From a virus, in IMG/VR virus record IMGVR_UViG_3300032236_001416, positions 3,696 to 67,695 of that record: a stretch of 64,000 bases of DNA. The stretch is one strand, 5' to 3'. Positions 50,189 through 58,363 of the stretch are shown here, one piece after another (position 1 is the stretch's first letter; each line of letters opens with the position of its first letter). A program made the translations under genes and the position numbers. Below the pieces are notes generated by a model. That model was given only the letters and a program-made list of their open reading frames with translations. It did no database searches and had not been told where the DNA came from.

Positions 50189-51393
50189 TGTACCTTTGTT
50201 GGATCAAAATTGTTTGATTCTACGGTTGCCATAACAGTATTTGAATTTCCATAAGTATCAGAAACAAATTGAATAATTGTATTACTGTGATCCAATTGTG
50301 GATCATTAAACAAAGTTTTCAAACTATCTGGTATAGTTATTGAATTGAGTTCAGCTTGTTGTTTACCAAGTAATTCATCTGCACTTGTTTTTATAGAACC
50401 CGCCAAGTTTTCTATTGTAGCATTAACTTGACCAGGAATTGCTGCAACCTGTGCAGCAAATTGTTTTGCACCGTTCAAGAATCTTGTTATACAATCTTGT
50501 ACGATAGCCAAAAACCTTGCTGGTAAACTATTTAAGTATGCAACAATATCATTAATATTTTTAACTAAGTAATATATAGTTGATGCTATTTCAACATATT
50601 TAGCGGCATCTTTTATGAAATCATTAATATCTTCGAGTATGCCGGTAACTCTAGCATAAATTGTTGATGTTGTACCAGTAGGATCAAGGCCTATTGCTTT
50701 TACTATTCCTCTAATTGCTGTAGTAATTGTATCATTTAATTTTTGAATCAACATAGCAATAATATTGGCAGCATTATTTTTGCCTTTTTTGATAGCACCC
50801 GTAATTGCCGTAATTGGATTCAGAAGCCCCGTTAAACCAATGTCAAAATCAAGCCTATATCTAAAATCACAGACATGTGATATGTTTGTATTTGTTACTG
50901 AAATTCCAGTACCAGCAACTATACCTTGTGCTGATAATGACCATGATGGACCTTTACTTTTTCCATCACCAGTAACATAAGCTGGTTTTTCTGGTGATTT
51001 TTTTATCTCAGCTTCTTTTGCGCTTCGATTTAATGATTGTTGTGATGTAGGAGAAACAACATCATTTGGAATAGTATTATTTGGAACGCTATAATCAAGT
51101 AATGCTTTTGGTATGTTTTTATTCCATCTTGGAATAATGTTTATCACAACAGGTCTTTGGAAATCTTCACCATCTTCAAAGAAACCTTGTACAATTGTTC
51201 CAACAGGAGGCACAGAAAATGTTGTACCTAGAGCTAACTGTACCCAAGGTAATGTTTCTGTTGGTCTTGGTGTTGCAGGATACATGTGTGATGGTATATA
51301 CCACCTAACTTTACCTCGACCATAGTTTAAAGGATCATAGACGGATTCTACTACACCATAAACTAATTTATGTAACTGTTCATCAAAGTCCAT
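50179..51393 (-). CDS. gp5-like spike, N-terminal OB-fold part plus helical region
   Basis: GVVE...DPL..GR.KVR...LPW...V.GFF.DG...QRP; no lysozyme domain. Confidence 0.75.
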   Translation of the reverse strand: MDFDEQLHKLVYGVVESVYDPLNYGRGKVRWYIPSHMYPATPRPTETLPWVQLALGTTFSVPPVGTIVQGFFEDGEDFQRPVVINIIPRWNKNIPKALLDYSVPNNTIPNDVVSPTSQQSLNRSAKEAEIKKSPEKPAYVTGDGKSKGPSWSLSAQGIVAGTGISVTNTNISHVCDFRYRLDFDIGLTGLLNPITAITGAIKKGKNNAANIIAMLIQKLNDTITTAIRGIVKAIGLDPTGTTSTIYARVTGILEDINDFIKDAAKYVEIASTIYYLVKNINDIVAYLNSLPARFLAIVQDCITRFLNGAKQFAAQVAAIPGQVNATIENLAGSIKTSADELLGKQQAELNSITIPDSLKTLFNDPQLDHSNTIIQFVSDTYGNSNTVMATVESNNFDPTKVQWA

Positions 51394-52712
51394 TAATTTG
51401 TTCCTCCCGATTCTAACTGCTCTGAGTAACTATCTTTTGCTAATTCCATATATGTTTGATACATTGAATTTGATGGTTGTAAAACATGTCGTACAGCATT
51501 TATTAAATATTTACCAGAATAAAATTTATCCAATTCTCTTGTATCTCCATTTATAGTTAAAGAATATATATTCAAATTTATAGTCATACCAACTGTTAGA
51601 TTAGGATCACCAGGAACAGAAACTTTTAATAAAGTAAAATTAGATAACAACAATTGTGTTTTTCTGTGTGGTATATAATTTTCAACTGTGAAATCTTTAG
51701 GAACTGAACCAGGATTTTTTCCAGTAATGTCTTTATTGTTTGTTGAGTCCGAATTGGTTGCAGAAATTCTTGTAACACTTCTATAATTTTCAGTTAATTT
51801 TTTTCCAAATAAAGTTGCATCATTTATAATACCATATCCGTTAGATGGTTTGTTATTGTTAATATAATCCAAATAATTAAAATTTATAAGTTTTGATTGA
51901 GCAGTAATTGTATCAATCGTTATTAATTGATTTGCAAAAACGCCAGAATTTATTGCTTCCAAAGCATTAAAACTTTTAACATATTCTAATTGAAGTATGT
52001 CGTGCGTTTTTCTTTCTATATCTGTACCAACATTTGTTACATTATAATTATAATAGTTATAAGTATCTTGACTTCTTAATGTTCTTAAAGATTTGAAATT
52101 ATAACCGTTTTTATTTTCAAAAAATAACATATCGGCACCAGCCAAAGGTTGAGAAGCCGACCTTGCTCTAATTGATAACCAATTTATTGCCGCAAAAGGA
52201 CTCTTTGTTTCTATATTGAATTCATAAAGACCTTGTGTATCTTCAATATCAATTTTTTTATCTTTAATCTTTAAAAAATCTGTTAATATGTATTTTACAT
52301 ATTTGTGTATTTCTTCGCCACCTTCGGGTCTAGGTCTTTGTACTTTAGATGATTCAGATTCCAAAAACTCTTTTGAACAAAAATGTAATTTTACATATTC
52401 TTCTGTCAGATGGCCTGTTGTTTTTTTATCAATAGCATATATGATAAAGTCACCAGAAGTATTTTCTTTTACACCACTGGTTCTACCAAAATTGATTTTA
52501 ATTTTACACAAATTCAATAATTGCCATCTTTGAACAATGGCTTGTGTGTCTCTTAGTGTTACATATCCAGATACTGTATCACCATATAAATCTTCAAAAT
52601 AAGATAGTTCAATAACCAATTCTTTAATTAAAAGAGGTTCTCCGTTTGTTGGATAAACGGTTACTTCATCTATGGATACACTTTGTGCATAATATATTTT
52701 ATTTTCTGCCAT
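51393..52712 (-). CDS. Baseplate hub protein (gp27-like)
   Basis: YFEDL...VSG...L.D, FFENKNGYNFKSL, VPGD..L.VG, SGKYLI.AVRH; position between gp53 and gp5. Confidence 0.7.
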   Translation of the reverse strand: MAENKIYYAQSVSIDEVTVYPTNGEPLLIKELVIELSYFEDLYGDTVSGYVTLRDTQAIVQRWQLLNLCKIKINFGRTSGVKENTSGDFIIYAIDKKTTGHLTEEYVKLHFCSKEFLESESSKVQRPRPEGGEEIHKYVKYILTDFLKIKDKKIDIEDTQGLYEFNIETKSPFAAINWLSIRARSASQPLAGADMLFFENKNGYNFKSLRTLRSQDTYNYYNYNVTNVGTDIERKTHDILQLEYVKSFNALEAINSGVFANQLITIDTITAQSKLINFNYLDYINNNKPSNGYGIINDATLFGKKLTENYRSVTRISATNSDSTNNKDITGKNPGSVPKDFTVENYIPHRKTQLLLSNFTLLKVSVPGDPNLTVGMTINLNIYSLTINGDTRELDKFYSGKYLINAVRHVLQPSNSMYQTYMELAKDSYSEQLESGGTN

Positions 52713-52714
52713 GT

Positions 52715-53311
52715 TTAAACCATCAATTTCTTAAATTCAGATTCAAATTCATTAACATATATTTGATTTAATAGTTTAATATTTCTTTTAGATTCATTCA
52801 AATTTAATTCATATGTATAATAACTAACTGCTTTTTTTGTTGTTGTTATGGATACAACTCCAGTTGGTAAAGTATATGAGACTGTACCTTCAACAATCTG
52901 GTCGTAAGTATTTTCATCCACAATTACTGTATTTACTGTTGTGGTAAATGTATTGATATCATATTGTGTTAAAATTTTCTCATAATGATGTACTTCTGAA
53001 TATGGATTAAATTCTGTATACTTATCAATAATGTATTTGTTAAAATTGTTTGCACTTAGTGGCCAGTCCCATTGTGGATCAAGCATTTGATTTGCAAATA
53101 AAACAATCCAATAACGATATGAATCTCCATAATACTTATGTGCAACAATTTCTGGAGTATCACCTTCTTGTATATCATATGTATAATACAGAAGTGGACT
53201 TTTTAATACTTCTGGTATAATATTGGCACGAGCCAATAAATTTGTTAAAACTATGGCGTTTCCATTATAGTCGGTTGATAATATTTTTGGTAATGTATTA
53301 AAATATTTCAT
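52715..53311 (-). CDS. gp53: Baseplate wedge protein gp53 (LysM-like)
   Basis: MKYF..LP, YDI.EGDTPE.VA.KYYG....WIVL..N...DP..DWP, NESKR.I. Confidence 0.9.
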   Translation of the reverse strand: MKYFNTLPKILSTDYNGNAIVLTNLLARANIIPEVLKSPLLYYTYDIQEGDTPEIVAHKYYGDSYRYWIVLFANQMLDPQWDWPLSANNFNKYIIDKYTEFNPYSEVHHYEKILTQYDINTFTTTVNTVIVDENTYDQIVEGTVSYTLPTGVVSITTTKKAVSYYTYELNLNESKRNIKLLNQIYVNEFESEFKKLMV

Positions 53312-53313
53312 TT

Positions 53314-54300
53314 TTAATAACCTTTTTCTATCATCTGTCTGTCGATGAGTTCTATTTCTTGGAAACTTAAATCCATAGTGGTTTGTACAGCATGGCCATC
53401 TTTATGTGCCGACCAACCACTTGGTGCATAATTTATATCCACCGAAGTTAATACACAATCCGCTAATTGTAATATATTTTGATTTTGAAAAGCGTGTCCT
53501 ACACCTGTATCAAGTTCATTACAAAAAGTTATATTAATAATTCCTGGTGGTTTATAGAAAAAACCAGCACTAGCATCAAGAATCGTTGGTGCAGCATAAG
53601 TTCTAAATGTTTTTATTATGTTTTTAACTTGTTCAGCTTCTTGTGCGGATCGTGGTGTAAAAGTAAAAGACATATTAAATGTTCTAAAATGTATACCTTG
53701 AAACAACGCTTGAGCTTGAGGATTAAAAGCGTATCCTGCTTTGTTTAAAGCCAATTTAAGTGCTTCATTGTTAAGTATACTTTGTATACCAGTTGCAACT
53801 GCGCCTATACCAGGAACTGAAGTAGCGGCTCCAAGAATAGAGATTTCACCATATTCAGCAGCTTGATTGAACACCAATGTGTCTGGCATATACAAACTAA
53901 CACATGTTTTATAATCTTTTTGATTTTTTATGAAACCTCTAAATTTTGTTGCGGCTGTACCTACCGATGTGGCCGAATCGCTCATAAATTGACCAAGCTT
54001 ATCAGCAAGAGTGTTCGTATTATATGCTTCTTCTATTGCTGTAACACCTTGTTTCACCGTACTTGCTCCAGATGTAAGTGCATCTTTTGCTCCGGTTTTA
54101 ACTTTATTAACTATATCATCTGAGAGTCCAACAGACCTTGCATCAAAAAAGTCAAATTGTATTCGATGGCCACCTTTAGAGCGACTTTGTAAGTCTGCTG
54201 GGTATTGTAATTTACTAAAATCGTATTTGTTTACAGCCAAACTCTTTAGAGGACCAGTAATATTTTGTTGAAACCATGAAGGTTGTGTTTCTTCTGCCAT
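53314..54300 (-). CDS. gp48: Baseplate tail-tube cap gp48
   Basis: LQYP.DL, LYMP, NP....F.G..FR.F..SF.F.PRS..EA, CVLTS...NY.P; start taken at ATG 54300 downstream of a late promoter. Confidence 0.85.
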   Translation of the reverse strand: MAEETQPSWFQQNITGPLKSLAVNKYDFSKLQYPADLQSRSKGGHRIQFDFFDARSVGLSDDIVNKVKTGAKDALTSGASTVKQGVTAIEEAYNTNTLADKLGQFMSDSATSVGTAATKFRGFIKNQKDYKTCVSLYMPDTLVFNQAAEYGEISILGAATSVPGIGAVATGIQSILNNEALKLALNKAGYAFNPQAQALFQGIHFRTFNMSFTFTPRSAQEAEQVKNIIKTFRTYAAPTILDASAGFFYKPPGIINITFCNELDTGVGHAFQNQNILQLADCVLTSVDINYAPSGWSAHKDGHAVQTTMDLSFQEIELIDRQMIEKGY

Positions 54301-54320
54301 TTTTCTCTTTGTAAAAAAGT

Positions 54321-54337
54321 TATATATACTATTTATG
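54321..54337. promoter_or_regulatory. Overlapping divergent late promoters for gp48 (CATAAATA, minus) and gp4 (TATATATA, plus)
   Basis: TATATATACTATTTATG in the 34-nt divergent gap. Confidence 0.55.
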
Positions 54338-54769
54338 GCGTATTCTGGAACATTTAGACCTACCAATCCTCACAAATATGTTGGGGACCACACAAATATT
54401 ATATACCGCTCTTCATGGGAATGTAGAGTGATGAACTGGCTCGACAAAAATCCAAACATTTTATCGTGGGCTTCAGAAGAGGTAATCATCCCTTACAGGT
54501 CTCCTGTAGATGGTAAAGTACACAGATACTTTCCTGATTTTGTCGTTAAGTCCCGTGGTAGAGATGGTTCTTTGAAAACTATGATGCTTGAGGTTAAACC
54601 AAAGAAACAGACTATGGAACCAGAAAAAAAGAAACGGGTGACCAAACAATACATCAATGAAGTGGTCACATGGGGTGTCAATCAAGCCAAATGGAAGGCA
54701 GCAACAGAATACTGCCTTGACCGTGGCTGGCAGTTTATGTTAATTACAGAAGACCACCTTGGCCTCTAA
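54335..54769 (+). CDS. gp4: Head completion nuclease gp4 (TnsA-like fold)
   Basis: AYSG.F.P.NP.KY.GD...I.YRSSWE, W.SEE..IPY.SP.D...HRYFPDF, EVKP, NQAKW.AA. Confidence 0.92.
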   Translation: MAYSGTFRPTNPHKYVGDHTNIIYRSSWECRVMNWLDKNPNILSWASEEVIIPYRSPVDGKVHRYFPDFVVKSRGRDGSLKTMMLEVKPKKQTMEPEKKKRVTKQYINEVVTWGVNQAKWKAATEYCLDRGWQFMLITEDHLGL

Positions 54770-54776
54770 CTAAATA
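54769..54776 (+). promoter_or_regulatory. T4-like late promoter ACTAAATA
   Basis: 4 nt upstream of the gp2 ATG. Confidence 0.6.
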
Positions 54777-54780
54777 GTCC

Positions 54781-55401
54781 ATGACTATAAAACCATCAAT
54801 ACTTACTACATTATCTGAACAAAAAGCCGAACTCAACTATCAAACTAATAGTCGAGAATCTTACAAATGGCTCATGCAGAAGATTGCTGCTCTCAGAAAT
54901 CCAGCAGCTGCGTCTGCTGTTATGAGTAAAGAAACACATCGTTATGTAAGACCAACTGACCGCCAAAAGTTTTTGATGGGTGGTTTATACTTTTTTGTAT
55001 ATGACCCTAAAGGTAAGGCAGAGTTGCCATATTATGATAGATTTCCTTTGGTTATACCACTTAAACGAACACCTGATGGTTTTATTGGACTTAACATACA
55101 TTACCTACCACTTAGATATAGAATAAATTTCCTCAAAAAATTGTTACCATATGCTATATACAACGATGAAGATGAAATTAAGAGACTCCGAGTGACATAT
55201 CCGATGTTGGATGCGTCATCCAAACTAAAAGAATTCAGGCCTTGTCTCAAACAGTATCTTTATAGTCATGTCAAGTCCAGGATTTTATCGGTTGAACATA
55301 ATGAGTGGGATATTGCCACATTTTTGCCGATACAACAATTTAAGAAAGCCAAACCACAAGAGGTATGGCAAGATTCAGTAAACGAAATAAGGAATTCATA
55401 A
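54781..55401 (+). CDS. gp2: DNA end protector protein gp2
   Basis: YDPK.K..LPYYDRFPL, GLN.HYLP...R, PC.KQYL..HV.S. Confidence 0.9.
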   Translation: MTIKPSILTTLSEQKAELNYQTNSRESYKWLMQKIAALRNPAAASAVMSKETHRYVRPTDRQKFLMGGLYFFVYDPKGKAELPYYDRFPLVIPLKRTPDGFIGLNIHYLPLRYRINFLKKLLPYAIYNDEDEIKRLRVTYPMLDASSKLKEFRPCLKQYLYSHVKSRILSVEHNEWDIATFLPIQQFKKAKPQEVWQDSVNEIRNS

Positions 55402-55944
55402 ATGGCCGCAACGATTAGTGCCTTTAAATCTAGTTTTACAACCGACTTAGCAAGACCGAGTCGGTTTGACGTTCTTATTCCTGTGCCTTTTATTTTAGTT
55501 GGTTCTCCAATAGTCGATAGTAGAAATTTAACTTATCGATGTGAAAATACACAATTACCAGGTAGAACGATTGCCACATTGGATCAGAAAACATATGGTC
55601 CAATTGAAAAGTTTCCTTATCTTGCTACTTACAACGATATTGATTTATCTTTTTATGTAGATGATGATATGAAACAAAAGTACTTATTTGATGCTTGGCT
55701 TGGTTATATCAATACAAGTTCAACAAATAACTTTCTGTACAAAGATGAATATGCGACAACATTGACTATTAATCAGTATAATGTATCAAATCAAAAAACA
55801 TACTCTGTTGATTTATTTGATGCATTTCCTATAGCCATAAATCAAATGGATTTGGATTGGAGTAATACAGATGCGGTACATAAAATATCTGTTACATTTG
55901 CCTATACTTACTGGAAGAACGATTCGTTACTCAGTAATTTTTAA
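55402..55944 (+). CDS. Tail tube-fold protein (gp54/gp19-like tube initiator)
   Basis: LARPSRFDV, CE...LPGR, F.AW, L.DAFP, V.FAY.YW. Confidence 0.75.
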   Translation: MAATISAFKSSFTTDLARPSRFDVLIPVPFILVGSPIVDSRNLTYRCENTQLPGRTIATLDQKTYGPIEKFPYLATYNDIDLSFYVDDDMKQKYLFDAWLGYINTSSTNNFLYKDEYATTLTINQYNVSNQKTYSVDLFDAFPIAINQMDLDWSNTDAVHKISVTFAYTYWKNDSLLSNF

Positions 55945-55962
55945 TTATTAGAAGGAGTTATT

Positions 55963-56688
55963 ATGGCTTTACCAAAAATTGATACGCCAACGTATGAATT
56001 GACTTTACCATTATCAAAAAAGAGTATAAAGTTTAGACCATTCTTGGTCAAAGAACAAAAGAATCTTATGATGGCAATGGAAGATGACAACAAAGAATCG
56101 ATTGAAAGGAACATTAAACAAGTTCTGACAAATTGTACTTTAACAGAAGATATAAACATTGAAGATTTACCTGTTACTGATATTGAATATTACTTTATCA
56201 ACTTACGTGCAAGGTCTGTAGGTGAGATTGTTGAAAACAAATATGTTTGTACAAATGAAGTAGATGAGAAACAATGTGGTAATAAAATGGAAGTTAAAAT
56301 TAATTTGTTAGACATTCAGGTTGATGTTGATCCTTCTATGACTAATGATATTCAGATAACTGATAAAATTGTGTTGAAAATGAAATATCCTAAGTTTTCA
56401 ATCATTGAGAAGTTATCTAAAAAAGAATCGGCTGTTGAAGTTGCTTTTGATATTATGATTGATTCTATTGAAAGTATCTATGATGGCGAACAATTCTATT
56501 ATGGTCACGAAACACCTAGAGAAGAAATGATGCAGTTTTTGGAATCATTGAGTCAAGACCAATTTTCTAAACTAGAATCTTTCTTTGAAAACCTACCAAA
56601 AATCAACAAGAAAGTTGATATGAAGTGTTCTAAGTGTGGATTTGACCACACTATGAATTTGGAGGGACTCGAAAATTTTTTCGGGTAA
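55963..56688 (+). CDS. gp26: Baseplate hub assembly chaperone gp26-like
   Basis: MALPKIDTP.Y.L.LP, FRPFLVKE.K, LRARSVGE, CxxC motif, ends LEGLENFFG; SD AAGGAG. Confidence 0.88.
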   Translation: MALPKIDTPTYELTLPLSKKSIKFRPFLVKEQKNLMMAMEDDNKESIERNIKQVLTNCTLTEDINIEDLPVTDIEYYFINLRARSVGEIVENKYVCTNEVDEKQCGNKMEVKINLLDIQVDVDPSMTNDIQITDKIVLKMKYPKFSIIEKLSKKESAVEVAFDIMIDSIESIYDGEQFYYGHETPREEMMQFLESLSQDQFSKLESFFENLPKINKKVDMKCSKCGFDHTMNLEGLENFFG

Positions 56689-56879
56689 TATTTTGTTATG
56701 ATAATTTGAAAAACTATTACAGGACTAATTTCTCACTAATGCAACATCATAAGTATTCTTTAACTGAATTGGAAAATATGATACCATGGGAAAGAGACAT
56801 TTATATTAATTTGTTAGTGCAATACATTGAAGAAGAAAATGAAAAAATAAAACAACAAAAAGCAGCAAGTAAACGATGA
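56682..56879 (+). CDS. gp51: gp51-like hub assembly domain, probably expressed as a -1 frameshift extension of gp26 (first ATG only at 56739)
   Basis: Not in the ORF track; the -1 frame reads RVIFCYDNLKNYYRTNFSLMQHHKYSLTELENMIPWERDIYINLL...KR*; TGA 56877-56879 overlaps the next ATG. Confidence 0.8.
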   Translation, partial: RVIFCYDNLKNYYRTNFSLMQHHKYSLTELENMIPWERDIYINLLVQYIEEENEKIKQQKAASKR

Positions 56880-58360
56880 ACACACCAAGTACAGGTCTTC
56901 AACAATATGGTGAAGGATTACTAAACAAATTTCAATCTAGTAAGATTGGAGAAATGTTTGGTGGAAAACCACGTAAAAAATATGATGATGATAACAGTAG
57001 AGAATCTGTACAAAGTGGTAATAAAAAAGATGCAAAGTATACTACTGTTCCACAAGGAAAAGTTGAGAGATTAAAAGTAAACGAAACTGAATCAGACGTT
57101 TTGGCAACTATGTACAACTTTATGTCCAAAAATTATAAAAAAGATTTGGATAGATTAAAAAAAGAAAAGAAACATAGAAAAGAAATTGATGATTTTGAAT
57201 ATTTAAAAAATAAACAGTTGATTGCCGCACTAACTGGTAAAAAAGAAAAAACGAAAGATACAAAAAAAGGTAAAGGATTTAGTTTTGGTTCTTTGCTTAA
57301 AACTGGTCTTGCTATTGGTGGACTTCTTCTTATAGAAAAAGCCTTTGCTAAAATGGCTGAAATTGGCAAAGTTTCAGACGTTGCTGATGTATTAAAAACT
57401 ACCAAGAAAAATGATTCGAATTCTCTTCCTGGTACACAAACCACACCTAGTTCTATGGATACAAGTCCGATGCGTACTCAAGGTATGTCAGGCAAAAGTC
57501 CTTGGGCTACCAAAGAAGCAAAAGAAGCTTTTGATTTTTTTATTGGCAAAGGTTATACCAAAGAAGCTGCAGCAGGTATTGTAGCAAGTTTGCAGGCTGA
57601 ATCTGGTGCACATTTGGACACTAAAGCTCTTGGTGACAATGGTAAAGCTAGAGGTATCGCTCAATGGCAAGAAGCACGACAAAAGACTTTTAAAAAAATA
57701 GTTGGTAAAGATGTATTTGATGCATCACGTTTAGAACAATTAGGTCAAGTTGATTATGAACTTAAAAATACACACAAGAAAGCGGGCATAGCTGTAAATC
57801 AAGCTAAAACTGCTGGTGAAGCAGCTGTTATAATTGACAAAGATTATGAACAAAGCAAAGGCCTTCATACGAAAAAACGTATGGGTATTGCACAAGATTT
57901 GTTAGGTGCTTTTGGTGGTAATAAATCTATGAATATGGCTAATACACCAACAACTGTTCCACCAGTTCAACAACAAAGTAAAGTGTCAGGTGTTACAAAG
58001 TCATCAACACCAGTTTCAGCAGTAACAAAAACTGTAAAAAAAGAACCAACGATTAATACCAATATTAAACCTAGAAATCAACAAGATTTTAATAAATTAG
58101 TTACACAAAGTATAGAAGAACAAAATCGTAAATCAGAAATGAGGTCAATGTCTGATTTGTTGAAAGAACAAGAACAAAAAAAATTAGTCAAACCTGAATC
58201 AAAAAATCTTGTTCCTGATAAAAAAACATCTATGATGGATCGTATGAAACAACTTATCAGTAGTAATATCATTGTTATAGAAAAAGAAAAAATTGTTACT
58301 GAAGTGGCTGAATCAAATGACACTTCAATATTGTTTAATAAAATACAACAGCTGAGTTAA
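56876..58360 (+). CDS. Tape-measure/hub-like protein with a phage tail lysozyme (Phage_lysozyme2-like) domain
   Basis: GY....AAGIVASLQAESG ... GIAQW...R ... YE; hydrophobic stretch; follows gp26/gp51. Confidence 0.7.
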   Translation: MNTPSTGLQQYGEGLLNKFQSSKIGEMFGGKPRKKYDDDNSRESVQSGNKKDAKYTTVPQGKVERLKVNETESDVLATMYNFMSKNYKKDLDRLKKEKKHRKEIDDFEYLKNKQLIAALTGKKEKTKDTKKGKGFSFGSLLKTGLAIGGLLLIEKAFAKMAEIGKVSDVADVLKTTKKNDSNSLPGTQTTPSSMDTSPMRTQGMSGKSPWATKEAKEAFDFFIGKGYTKEAAAGIVASLQAESGAHLDTKALGDNGKARGIAQWQEARQKTFKKIVGKDVFDASRLEQLGQVDYELKNTHKKAGIAVNQAKTAGEAAVIIDKDYEQSKGLHTKKRMGIAQDLLGAFGGNKSMNMANTPTTVPPVQQQSKVSGVTKSSTPVSAVTKTVKKEPTINTNIKPRNQQDFNKLVTQSIEEQNRKSEMRSMSDLLKEQEQKKLVKPESKNLVPDKKTSMMDRMKQLISSNIIVIEKEKIVTEVAESNDTSILFNKIQQLS

Positions 58361-58363
58361 AAA

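Noticed and set aside
54301-54366. ORF-track N-terminal extension of gp48 (likewise gp33 62392-62436)
   Set aside because: They overlap neighbouring genes or promoters; downstream ATGs at 54300 and 62391 fit better.
54335-54769. TnsA-like nuclease as a sign of a Tn7-like element
   Set aside because: It is the core T4 gp4 head completion protein in its usual context next to gp2; no tnsB/C or transposon ends.
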